Shown: piece by piece, positions 29,870 to 39,209 of the stretch
How the letters are laid out: each line of letters begins with the position of its first letter
Position numbering within the stretch: position 1 is the first letter of the stretch
Assembly (NCBI GenBank): GCA_965267575.1
Contig: OZ254086.1
Span: 4,064,001 to 4,128,000, forward strand
Direction: 5' to 3'
DNA from: Calditrichales bacterium
GTDB lineage: Bacteria; Calditrichota; Calditrichia; Calditrichales; J004
Length of the DNA stretch: 64,000 nt
Position numbers and translations under genes: made by a program
Notes under the pieces: model-generated
The model's input: the letters and a program-made list of their open reading frames with translations, nothing else
Told to the model about the DNA's origin: nothing
Database searches by the model: none

Positions 29870-31357
29870 ATGTTTCGCTTCAATCGTAACTTGGCCCTAT
29901 TGTATCTTTTTCCGCTTCTGCTCCCCGCCCTGCTCTTCGGCGCAGAAAAGTTTGAAACTTTCGTCGAAAAGTCTTTTCACGACCTGGACATGTCGCCGGG
30001 GATGGCCGTTGCCGTGGTGAGCGGTGAGGAAACAATCTACCTGCGCAGCTTTGGCTACGCTGATGTGGAGAAAAAAAGGCCGGTGACCAATGAAACCATG
30101 TTTTACATCGCCTCCAGCACAAAATCTTTTACCGCCTTTACCGCTGCTCTGCTGGCGCAGCAGGGACGTTTTGACCTGGATGCATCAGTAATCCGTTACC
30201 TGCCCGACCTGAAATTGCACCCGGAGCTGAACCACGATTCGATCACCATCCGCGATCTGTTGACCCATACCCACGGCATCGGCAATATGGGGCCGGTGGT
30301 TTTTCGCACGGCCTTTAGCGGCGACTTTAGCAATCAACTGCTTTTGGAATTGATGGGCTACCACCCGCCGGCAAAATCGGGACGCGCCTACAATTACGGC
30401 AACATCGGCTACAACCTGGCCGGGCTGGCGATGGAAGCGGCCACGGGTACATCGTGGAAAAAGCTGCAACAGGAGTTGCTGTTTGACCCGCTGGATATGG
30501 AACACACCTCTGCCTGGATGTCGCGTGTAAACCCGGATTTGCTGGCCCTGCCTTATGCCACGGATACCGCCGGATTCAGCGCGGCCTATTTTGCTAAAGG
30601 CGATGAAAACATGCATGCCGCGGGAGGCCACGTCAGCAGTGCCGCCGATTTGGCCCGCTGGTTACGTTTGCATATCAACGAAGGGTTTATTGACGGGAAG
30701 CGCGTTTTTCCGGCTGAAGTGGTACGTGCCACGCACCGGCAAAATGCCAAACAGGACCGCATGTTCAGCGAATTTCACCGTTTTGGCTGGGGCCTGGGCT
30801 GGGACCTGGGAACGTATGAGAGCGATACATTGATCCACCGTTTTGGCAGCTTTAGCGGATTTCGTTCACACATGAGTTTTATGCCGCAGCACAAGCTGGG
30901 TGTCGTCGTGCTGTGTAATAACGACTACCTGGGCTCTTACCTGGCCGATTTTATTGCCATGTATATTTATGACAGCCTGTTGGAAAAAGAGGGGCTGGAA
31001 GAGAAATACGCGGCGAAATTGCAGGACTTAAAGGAGACGAAGGAGAAGGTGCAGCAAAAGCTGGTAGAGGAACTAACAAAGCGCGCCGCGCGTCCGCAGC
31101 AACTGCCCCACCCGCTTGAAGCCTACACAGGCACCTTCGCAAACGACGTGATTGGCGAGATGCAGTGGGTTCTTAAAAATGGCAAGCTGGAAGTAACCAT
31201 GGGCAAAATGTGGAGTCCGGTTGAAGTGTATGATGCCGGCGAAAACCAGTTGCGGGTGGAGCTGATGGGTGGCGGCCAGGTGATCGCGTTTCAATTTGAG
31301 AATGGCACGGCCAGCGGATTGAAATATTTGGGTTTTGATTTCAAAAGAATGGATTAA
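29870..31357 (+). CDS. Serine hydrolase, beta-lactamase class C/AmpC-like family
   Basis: IASSTKSF (SxxK), LLTHTHG, YNYGNIGY, HRFG; signal peptide. Confidence 0.85.
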   Translation: MFRFNRNLALLYLFPLLLPALLFGAEKFETFVEKSFHDLDMSPGMAVAVVSGEETIYLRSFGYADVEKKRPVTNETMFYIASSTKSFTAFTAALLAQQGRFDLDASVIRYLPDLKLHPELNHDSITIRDLLTHTHGIGNMGPVVFRTAFSGDFSNQLLLELMGYHPPAKSGRAYNYGNIGYNLAGLAMEAATGTSWKKLQQELLFDPLDMEHTSAWMSRVNPDLLALPYATDTAGFSAAYFAKGDENMHAAGGHVSSAADLARWLRLHINEGFIDGKRVFPAEVVRATHRQNAKQDRMFSEFHRFGWGLGWDLGTYESDTLIHRFGSFSGFRSHMSFMPQHKLGVVVLCNNDYLGSYLADFIAMYIYDSLLEKEGLEEKYAAKLQDLKETKEKVQQKLVEELTKRAARPQQLPHPLEAYTGTFANDVIGEMQWVLKNGKLEVTMGKMWSPVEVYDAGENQLRVELMGGGQVIAFQFENGTASGLKYLGFDFKRMD

Positions 31358-31391
31358 GGCGATTAAATCGTTGGTACATACCCACAGTTGC

Positions 31392-31867
31392 GTCCCGATG
31401 GGACTGCCACGGCGGTGGTTGGGTATCGTTTTGCTATGACGGGGCGGCCCGCTGGGCCTGGGTTATTGGTTCGCAACTTTGGATAGACAAATCCGCAGAT
31501 ATCCAAAATACCAATTACGCCCAAAAACAAGCATCGCCAGATACGATATGTCATAGCACGTAGCCATACCAGACCCCTCCGCAAGCATCATAGATGTGTC
31601 CTTACAATACGCGCAAAACCGACACGGCATCACCTTGCGCCCGTAGGCCCGTCCCGATGGGACTACGCCGGGGTAGCGGTGTCATGTTTTGCTATGACGG
31701 TACGGCCCGTTTGGCCTGTACCAATGTCAGATACGACGATATAACGGGATTGGACTCATGCAAAACATTAAATCTGGATTTATCCCAAAAACAAGCATCG
31801 CTAGATGCGATATGTCATAGCATGTAGCCATCACCAGACCCCTCCGCAAGCATCATAGATGCGTCCC
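31392..31867. repeat. Tandem duplication of ~210-bp REP-doublet units (BIME-like)
   Basis: Units at 31392-31601 and 31651-31867; alternating GCTATGAC (31433, 31691) and GTCATAGC (31550, 31814), each next to short hairpins. Confidence 0.85.
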
Positions 31868-32041
31868 AAGTCCTACGACAACAAAACCCATTTCACCGGT
31901 ACAGGCGCTTTGAGACGATGCCCGGGAAAACCCACCTACCCTTTTTATGCGCCTACTGTTTCATGTATTCTAAAAAATTGACTATTTTATGGCTACTTTA
32001 GGCCGGACATTGCCAGACGCGTATTTAAACTCTTCCTGCAG

Positions 32042-35000
32042 ATGAAGCACAAAAACATACAATTCATTCTTATTTCGCTCTTATTATGCGCACACCTGCT
32101 AGCGCAGCGCTATCCCTTTTTCCATTACGAAACGACAAGCGAAATCAAACCGGCACCGGGCGGCGGCATCCAGGACATGGCCCAGGACAGCCTCGGCAAC
32201 CTGTGGATGGCCACGTACAGTGTCGGGGTATCGCGCTACAACGGCATTACCTTTATGAGTTTCGGTAAAGATGCCGGCATCTCCCCGGCCACAAGCCTGG
32301 CCCTGCATATTGATCAATACCAACGAATCTGGCTCTTAACCGACTCCGGTGTTTTTTGCAGCAGGCGCCCGCTTACCGCCTACGACAATATTTCCAATCT
32401 TAAATTTGCCACGCAATATAAAAACAGACGCCTGTTCCAGGGCTCGATCAGCCAGGTGGGTCAGCAGGCGTTTAAACTGCACGCCGACACCCTATGGACA
32501 GGAACCACGGCCCACGGCATCGTGCGCAATTCGGTCGGTCCGGGCAAAACATCTTTTTCCGACACGCTGCAAAGCCTGACCGGCGTCAATTTTTCGGAAT
32601 ACCCGGTTATCTCGCTTTTTGTAAACGAATCACTCCTCGGTGTGGGCACGGACAGCCGTTACTTTTTGTTTGAACGCCAGGGCGCGGACTTCAACCTGCT
32701 CATTGACACCAACCTAGTCATAAGTACCCAGCTTCTCTGGCAGAGCACACTTTTTCTTGGCGGCGGCACCGGCAATATTTACAAATGCGACCCGGGCAAC
32801 GCGCAAACACCCATCACGCTTTTCGCGGAAACAGGCAAAGATGTCATCTACGATTTGAAGAACCTGCGCGAAAACGAGCTGTGGGCGGCGGCCTTTGGCA
32901 GCGGTGTTTTCGTATACGACCTTTCCGACTCACGGCGGAAATTTCACTTTTCTCAGCAAAACGGCCTGCTGGAAGACAACGCCTATCGCCTGTTGCGCAC
33001 CACCGACAACAGCATCTTTATCGGGCTCAGCGACGGCATCAGTAAGCTAAAACCCAATTTTGAGGCTTACAAAAGCTACGTCGGCCTGCCCTACGTCACC
33101 GAACCCAATGTCTGGGCGCCATTGCCCGAAGCCGAAGCGCCCAGCGGCTGGTTGTGGACCGCCAGCACCACCGGCATCAACTGCTACAACGGTGAAAGCG
33201 GCCGGCAGCTTACAACGGACGACGGCCTGATGCATAACTGGAGCTATGACGTTATTGCCGACGCCCGCGGGCGCGTCTGGATTGCCAACTACAGTGGCAT
33301 CAACGTGCTGAGCGATTACGCCAACCGGCCCACCGCCTTTGGTGAACGGACCACGAGCACTCTTAATCTCCACGGAAAATCGTTTGCGCTTTCTTCCTAC
33401 CCGCTGGGTATTACCGGCCTGCTGACAGCCCTGCCCATGCGGCAACACGCCGACTCCGCCCAAACGGTGCAATCCATCTGGGGCAACAGCTACAAATCCG
33501 TTTACGCCTATGTGGATGATAAATGGTTTTACTTCAGCCAGGCGGCGGGTTTGCCGGCCATCATCATGTATTCTTTAACGATGGATGATGCCGGGTATGT
33601 ATACGTGGCCACCGGCGGAGAGGGCCTTTTCAAATCGAAGCAGCCGGTAACCGTGGATGCCCTGAACAAGCTAAAACCGGCTGGACGCGAGGGTCGTGAA
33701 ATCATCGAGTATTTCTTTGAGCCTTTCGCGCCGGACTCGCTGTTGCAGAACAACAGGCAAAATCAGGAAGTACTCTTTTCCGACGACAGGCTGTTTATCG
33801 TCATGGAAAATATTTTGGCCGCCTATACGCCGGAGGGCGTTTTACTGTGGCAGCAAAAAATGGATGAAGAGCTTGTCAACCTGGCTGCAAATGAGGGGGA
33901 CTCCGTGTTGTGGGCGGGATGCGGCGGCGGTGTCTACAAAATTTCCAAAAGCAGCGGCGCAATCCTTAAAAAACTGAGCCATCAAACCGGGTTTATTGCC
34001 TCGGTGGCGCCGTGGCTGGAGAGCCTGCAAATCGATCCGAGCGGGATTTTGTACCACGGCACCGATGGCGGCCTGGACCTGTATGACCCGCAAAAAGATA
34101 CGCTTTCGCTCAATCCGCCCGCGCCGCAGATGGAGACTTTTTCCTACGACGAAAATATCTGGGGCAAAAACACGCTGCGCGCCGGCTTCTCCTTCCCCTG
34201 GTTTATAGATGATTACAAACCGCGGATTTTGTGCAAGCTGCAGGGGTTCGACGACGAATGGGTCGAGCTGCCCACAAACGACGTGCGCTACACCAACCTG
34301 CTGGCCGTTTTTTTTGACGAAACCTATACCCTGCAGGCGAAAATCCGTAATTACGATAATACCTTTACCACGCCGGTTCTCAGCTACTCTTTTGCGGTAA
34401 GCCCGCCGATTTATCTGCGCTGGTGGATGTTCTTCTTCTACATCGCAGCCGCCTATTTTTTCACACGCGGCGTGCTGTGGCTTAAAGACAATCTCAATGT
34501 GATCATCATGTCCGCCAAGACGAGGATTGTTTCGCACTACAAGCTGAAGCACGAGCTGGGCAAAGGCGGCATGGGCACGGTGTACCTGGCGCAGGACCTG
34601 CACGACGATGACAAGCTGGTGGCGCTGAAACTGCTGCATCCCGAGCTGTGCGACGATCTGCACCACAAAAAACGTCTGGCCAACGAAAGCCGTATTTTAA
34701 CCAGCCTGGACCATCCCAACATCGTGCCCTTTTACGAGCTGGGCGAAACGGCCGATACCATTTTCCTTGCTATGGAGTATTTTGAAGGGCGCGATCTGAA
34801 GAAATATATCCTGGAAGAGGGGCCGCTGGATAACGCGCTGGTTGTAAAGATCAGCCGCCAGGTGCTGGATGCCATGCGCTACATCCACGGGCAGGGCGTG
34901 ATTCACCGCGACCTCAAAAACAACAATATCATGATCAATGAAGCGGGACAGGTAAAGATCCTCGATTTCGGCCTGAGCAAATCAACGCTTATTACCACGA

Positions 35001-35332
35001 TGACGACGATGGGCAGCGTTCTGGGCACGCTGGGCTACATCGCCCCGGAGCAGATCACCGATTCCGATATTGACGAACGGGCCGATATTTTTTCGTTCGG
35101 CGCACTGCTCTACGAAATGCTGACCCGCCGCATGCCTTTTGAAGAGGAGAATGAAATGGCGCTGATTTTTGCCATTTTCAACAAAACCCCGGAGGACCCG
35201 CGCACATTCAACAAAAACGCCGACCCGACCCTCTGCGCCATCGCCATGAAATGCCTGGAGAAAAATAAAAACGACCGCTACCAGAACGCCGACGAGGTTT
35301 TGCAGCAGCTTGAGTATGTGCCGGAGTATTAA
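32042..35332 (+). CDS. Transmembrane Hanks-type Ser/Thr kinase with extracytoplasmic beta-propeller sensor and Y_Y_Y-like domain
   Basis: Signal peptide; QDSLGNLWMAT, DARGRVWI repeats; KLQGFDDEW...YTNL; TM helix; LGKGGMGTVY, VALK, HRDLK, DFG, APE. Confidence 0.9.
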   Translation: MKHKNIQFILISLLLCAHLLAQRYPFFHYETTSEIKPAPGGGIQDMAQDSLGNLWMATYSVGVSRYNGITFMSFGKDAGISPATSLALHIDQYQRIWLLTDSGVFCSRRPLTAYDNISNLKFATQYKNRRLFQGSISQVGQQAFKLHADTLWTGTTAHGIVRNSVGPGKTSFSDTLQSLTGVNFSEYPVISLFVNESLLGVGTDSRYFLFERQGADFNLLIDTNLVISTQLLWQSTLFLGGGTGNIYKCDPGNAQTPITLFAETGKDVIYDLKNLRENELWAAAFGSGVFVYDLSDSRRKFHFSQQNGLLEDNAYRLLRTTDNSIFIGLSDGISKLKPNFEAYKSYVGLPYVTEPNVWAPLPEAEAPSGWLWTASTTGINCYNGESGRQLTTDDGLMHNWSYDVIADARGRVWIANYSGINVLSDYANRPTAFGERTTSTLNLHGKSFALSSYPLGITGLLTALPMRQHADSAQTVQSIWGNSYKSVYAYVDDKWFYFSQAAGLPAIIMYSLTMDDAGYVYVATGGEGLFKSKQPVTVDALNKLKPAGREGREIIEYFFEPFAPDSLLQNNRQNQEVLFSDDRLFIVMENILAAYTPEGVLLWQQKMDEELVNLAANEGDSVLWAGCGGGVYKISKSSGAILKKLSHQTGFIASVAPWLESLQIDPSGILYHGTDGGLDLYDPQKDTLSLNPPAPQMETFSYDENIWGKNTLRAGFSFPWFIDDYKPRILCKLQGFDDEWVELPTNDVRYTNLLAVFFDETYTLQAKIRNYDNTFTTPVLSYSFAVSPPIYLRWWMFFFYIAAAYFFTRGVLWLKDNLNVIIMSAKTRIVSHYKLKHELGKGGMGTVYLAQDLHDDDKLVALKLLHPELCDDLHHKKRLANESRILTSLDHPNIVPFYELGETADTIFLAMEYFEGRDLKKYILEEGPLDNALVVKISRQVLDAMRYIHGQGVIHRDLKNNNIMINEAGQVKILDFGLSKSTLITTMTTMGSVLGTLGYIAPEQITDSDIDERADIFSFGALLYEMLTRRMPFEEENEMALIFAIFNKTPEDPRTFNKNADPTLCAIAMKCLEKNKNDRYQNADEVLQQLEYVPEY

Positions 35333-35374
35333 GGTGTTAAAGTGTTAGTGTGCGAAGGAGCGTTGCGTCTCGCA

Positions 35375-36517
35375 CTAATTGGCATCTTGCACGGATGGAG
35401 GAGATCTCCGGCCAACCGCAATATATGCTTGCTGGTTTGAGTTTTTGCCAGCCGCTGCAACAACATCTCCTTTTACGGAAAGCGAATACCAATAGCCTGT
35501 TGCACTCATAATCTCAGGATATGCCCGCCATGTATTTCCATTATAATGCCTGATGAAGTTTTGGAAGCCTGCAATAAAAATATCATGTGGATTGTTGCCC
35601 CTAATCGCTTTGGTAAAATTAGGCAATCCGTTTTGAGAATAATCAAACCAAATATTTTCCAGGGCATAAGTATCATAATCAACAGGTGTGTGGTAAACCC
35701 TGCCGGTAGAACCGATGTAAACCGAATCCGGATTATCGGTCCAAACTGACTCAAAGACGTAAGAAATCAGGTTATGTGGATGGGGTCCAGCGGGATCATC
35801 AACGATGGCCACCGTTTCGAATTGTGTATCTCGCTTTCTAAGTAGTACGGACCCCTTCAGGTCGTCAAAGCCGCATGCCCACATCACCGAACCATCCGGG
35901 CTTCCCCAGACATCAGTTAGATCAATATCCGTCCCGCTCTCCAGCTTCGTCCACCCCTGGCCGTCGTAGTGGACGATGGTGCCTGATCCCCCCACCGCGT
36001 AAATGTTTGACTGATCCTTAGCAAATATCTTATTCATAGCGCCGGTTAATAGACTATTCATTCCACAATCAAGTGAAGCAGTGTTGCCATCGTATTTTAC
36101 AATTGCACCACCATTTGTAAATAGGATATTATTTGCTGAAAAGGCCCACAATGCTTTAATTGGAGGATATTCGACAGCACTGCATGCCCCAACAAAGGGA
36201 ATCCGTTTCAACTCCCACTCTTCCCCGTCCCAGTGCACGGCGTTGTAGGGTTTTATCAGGTTGCCCAGGCTGTCGCGGGTGTAGGTGTCTTCGGTATAGA
36301 TCTCTCCCACGGCCCAGATGTCGTTTTCATTAATAATGGCCACATCATATAAAATACTGCTGCCATTTTGCCCGCCAAACTCAAAGGTCTCCCAGCTAAA
36401 ATCATGGCTGGTGGTATCCGGCGTATTCTTCCCAGGTCCGGTTGTGTTTTCCGAACAGGATAACAATAGGGATAAAAAAAGAAGGAATGTTTTAATTAAT
36501 CTTAAGGTGTATGGCAT
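35375..36517 (-). CDS. Beta-propeller lipoprotein, paralogue 1 of 3
   Basis: Lipobox LLSC; PDTTSH; repeated H(Y/W)(D/N)G..W motifs; start at ATG 36517. Confidence 0.8.
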   Translation of the reverse strand: MPYTLRLIKTFLLFLSLLLSCSENTTGPGKNTPDTTSHDFSWETFEFGGQNGSSILYDVAIINENDIWAVGEIYTEDTYTRDSLGNLIKPYNAVHWDGEEWELKRIPFVGACSAVEYPPIKALWAFSANNILFTNGGAIVKYDGNTASLDCGMNSLLTGAMNKIFAKDQSNIYAVGGSGTIVHYDGQGWTKLESGTDIDLTDVWGSPDGSVMWACGFDDLKGSVLLRKRDTQFETVAIVDDPAGPHPHNLISYVFESVWTDNPDSVYIGSTGRVYHTPVDYDTYALENIWFDYSQNGLPNFTKAIRGNNPHDIFIAGFQNFIRHYNGNTWRAYPEIMSATGYWYSLSVKGDVVAAAGKNSNQQAYIAVGRRSPPSVQDAN

Positions 36518-36620
36518 AGGGCATTTTATGGTTTTGAGACACAAAATTCTGCGTGTATACATTTTTTTGGGTTTTTTTTGTGGCGAATATTCTTATGCGC
36601 CCCAATTAACTGTTCTAGAA

Positions 36621-37757
36621 TTAATTATCATCTTGTACGAATGGAAAAAATCTTCGCCCAACCGCAATATATGCTTGTTGTTTTGAGTTTTTGCCAGCCG
36701 CTGCAACAACATCTCCTTTTACTGAAAGCGAAAACCAATAGCCTGTTGCACTCATAATCTCAGGATATGCCCGCCATGTATTTCCATTATAATGCCTGAT
36801 GAAGTTTTGGAAGCCTGCAATAAAAATATCATGTGGATTGTTGCCCCTAATCGCTTTGGTAAAATTAGGCAATCCGTTTTGAGAATAATCAAACCAAATA
36901 TTTTCCAGGGCATAAGTATCATAATCAACAGGTGTGTGGTAAACCCTGCCGGTAGAACCGATGTAAACGGAGTCCGGATTATCAGTCCAAACGGATTCAA
37001 AGACATAAGAAATCAGGTTATGGGGATGGGGTCCAGCGGGATCATCAACGATGGCCACCGTTTCGAATTGTGCATCTCGTTTTCGAAGTAGAATAGAACC
37101 CTGCAGGTCGTCAAAGCCACATGCCCATATCACCATACCGTCCGGGCTTCCCCAGACATCAGTTAGAGAAATATCCGTCCCGCTCTCCAGCTTCGTCCAC
37201 CCCTGGCCATCGTAATGGGCAATTTGACCATTTACACCAACAGCGTAAAGATTATTAGGAGAATTGCCCCACAACTTGTTCACAGATACAGGAATGCACT
37301 CAATTTCGCCTTGTTTTTCACCATCCCATCTCGTTATCTGTGATCCTGACGTGAAATACATTTCATCTGTACTAAAGGCAAAGACGGCTTTTGCGGGATA
37401 AATACCCGTGCCACTTTGATTACAAAACGTCAAAAAGTTTATTCGTTTCAGCTCCCACTCTTCCCCATCCCAGTGTACGGCGTTGTAGGGTTGTATCAGG
37501 TTGCCCAGGCTGTCGCGGGTGTACGTGTCTTCGGTGTATATCTCTCCAACGGCCCAGATGTCATTTTCGTTAATAATGGCCACATCATATAAAATACTGC
37601 TGCCATTTTGCCCGCCAAACTCAAAGGTCTCCCAGCTAAAATCATGGCTGGTGGTATCGGGCGTGTTATTGCCGGGTCCGGTTGTGTTTTCCGAGCAGGA
37701 TAACAATAGGGATAAAAAAAGAAGGAATGTTTTAATTAATCTCAAGGTGTATGGCAT
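36621..37757 (-). CDS. Beta-propeller lipoprotein, paralogue 2 of 3
   Basis: Near-identical to paralogue 1 except for one internal ~75-aa block and the last few residues. Confidence 0.8.
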   Translation of the reverse strand: MPYTLRLIKTFLLFLSLLLSCSENTTGPGNNTPDTTSHDFSWETFEFGGQNGSSILYDVAIINENDIWAVGEIYTEDTYTRDSLGNLIQPYNAVHWDGEEWELKRINFLTFCNQSGTGIYPAKAVFAFSTDEMYFTSGSQITRWDGEKQGEIECIPVSVNKLWGNSPNNLYAVGVNGQIAHYDGQGWTKLESGTDISLTDVWGSPDGMVIWACGFDDLQGSILLRKRDAQFETVAIVDDPAGPHPHNLISYVFESVWTDNPDSVYIGSTGRVYHTPVDYDTYALENIWFDYSQNGLPNFTKAIRGNNPHDIFIAGFQNFIRHYNGNTWRAYPEIMSATGYWFSLSVKGDVVAAAGKNSKQQAYIAVGRRFFPFVQDDN

Positions 37758-37775
37758 AGGGCATTTTATGGTTTT

Positions 37776-37800
37776 GAGACGCAAGATTTTGCGTCTCCAC
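37776..37800. repeat. REP-like palindrome GAGACGCAAGATTTTGCGTCTC (copies at 36536-36560 and 39074-39098)
   Basis: 9-bp stem; one copy lies 18 nt upstream of the start codon of each lipoprotein paralogue. Confidence 0.75.
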
Positions 37801-37954
37801 GTTTTTTGGCGTTTAATCTCGTGGCGAATTATTTGTCATCTTGGACGGATGGGAGAAATCTCCGTAAGGTGTTTCTGTAACTTACCTACGTGAATGCGAT
37901 AGTAAAAATTATGGTTAGCTTTTTCATTTCATTTACATTTACTTTCTTTTATCT

Positions 37955-39055
37955 TTATTTCTCTCCTATTAAAACAATTGCTGCATCGCTGCCAGGGTTG
38001 TTGCCAACAACGAAGACACTATTTCCTTTTTGTTGAACTCCATGATAAAAGCCATCTACGTGCCTTGGGGGAAAAAATGATTTTATAGATTTCCCGTTAT
38101 AATGAAGAATGACATCACTATGGCCTACAGCAAAATAATCGTTAAACCCCAAGCCATGCATAGCCTGAATTGCGCCCTGGTCTTCATTGTGAATCAAGCG
38201 ATATGACTCTGAAAAATCCGCTCTCAAATGTTGCATAAGATTTGAATCCTCTGCGCCTGACAGAGAAACATAAATACTATCACCTAAACCCCAAACAGCT
38301 GTTGGTATGGTATGGTCCCAGTCAGGTTTATACACGTTATTATTTTCATCAAACACCGTCTGCCAGGCGCTGCCGTCATATTTAAGAATAATTCCATGTC
38401 TATCTGTTGATAGGTCATATCCGACTGTCCATACTTCCGTTTGCCCGGTTTCCTCATTTACAGTTCCCCAAATATCCTGGAAATCCATGGTTGTGCCGCT
38501 TTCCATTTTTGTCCAGCTATTTCCATCATAACGCATGATCAGGCCGTCATTTCCAACACCATAGATCTCGTTCTCTGCCACTGCCCAAAGATGGTATATC
38601 CCACCTTTTTCGGGTCGGTGAACCAATCTGGTTGTGCGTCCATCAAAATGGAATAAGCTATATGATGCAAACCATATATCGTTTTCGGAAAAATGCCAGA
38701 TTGCGCGGATAGTACTTAAGACATCATTTCCTGGTTGATACGTAAAGCGCTTTAATTTCCATTCTTCACCGTTCCATTGTGCCGCGCTATATGGCGCTAC
38801 AAAATTCCCGCTGCTGTCCTTTTCATCCACGTAAATTTGGCCAACAGCCCACACGTTCGTATCCGACACCGCGAAAATATCCCAAAAATAGTTCTGCCGG
38901 AATTGTTCGGTGGGAAACTCGTAAAACTCCCAGGTAAAGGCATGGCTGGTGGTGTCGGGCATATCCTTCCCGGGCCCGGTTGTGTTTTCCGAGCAGGATA
39001 AAAAGAGGAAAGAAAAAAGAAGGAAGGTATTAATTAATCTTAAGGGGTGTGGCAT
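37955..39055 (-). CDS. Beta-propeller lipoprotein, paralogue 3 of 3 (divergent body)
   Basis: Shares upstream DNA, signal peptide and SCSENTTGPGK..PDTTSH, then diverges while keeping W.GEEW.LKR and YDG..WTK.ESGT. Confidence 0.8.
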   Translation of the reverse strand: MPHPLRLINTFLLFSFLFLSCSENTTGPGKDMPDTTSHAFTWEFYEFPTEQFRQNYFWDIFAVSDTNVWAVGQIYVDEKDSSGNFVAPYSAAQWNGEEWKLKRFTYQPGNDVLSTIRAIWHFSENDIWFASYSLFHFDGRTTRLVHRPEKGGIYHLWAVAENEIYGVGNDGLIMRYDGNSWTKMESGTTMDFQDIWGTVNEETGQTEVWTVGYDLSTDRHGIILKYDGSAWQTVFDENNNVYKPDWDHTIPTAVWGLGDSIYVSLSGAEDSNLMQHLRADFSESYRLIHNEDQGAIQAMHGLGFNDYFAVGHSDVILHYNGKSIKSFFPPRHVDGFYHGVQQKGNSVFVVGNNPGSDAAIVLIGEK

Positions 39056-39106
39056 AGGGCATTTTATGGTTTTGAGACGCAAGATTTTGCCTCTCCACGT
39101 TATTCG

Positions 39107-39209
39107 GATCAAGATCAAGATCAAGAGCATGATCAGGATTACATGAACACTAGAACACGTATTCGGCACATTAACACTCTAACACCTTAACACATTAGCA
39201 CACTCACAC
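39107..39209. repeat. Hexamer (gatcaa)n array followed by 8-mer (ttaacac.)n array
   Basis: gatcaagatcaagatcaagagcatgatcag; ttaacactctaacaccttaacacattagcac. Confidence 0.7.

Noticed and set aside
29870..31357. Antibiotic-resistance beta-lactamase
   Set aside because: Only family-level SxxK similarity; the long C-terminal extension and HRFG motif fit general serine hydrolases or peptidases
31363..31827. Small ORFs 31363-31584 and 31594-31827
   Set aside because: They lie wholly within REP doublets and show no protein features
31392..31867. Possible CRISPR array
   Set aside because: Repeats are long, degenerate and alternate in orientation; there are no constant-length unique spacers and no cas genes
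35375..37757. Diversity-generating retroelement (TR/VR pair)
   Set aside because: Both copies are full genes, differences are block-like rather than adenine-specific, and no reverse transcriptase is in the window
39056..39169. Hydrophobic N-terminal extension of paralogue 3 (ILIMLLILILIRI)
   Set aside because: It arises from the (gatcaa)n hexamer array; the homologous start is ATG 39055
35331..39209. Integron cassette array
   Set aside because: No convincing attC (RYYYAAC...GTTRRRY) boxes and no intI; the flanking hairpins look like REP elements
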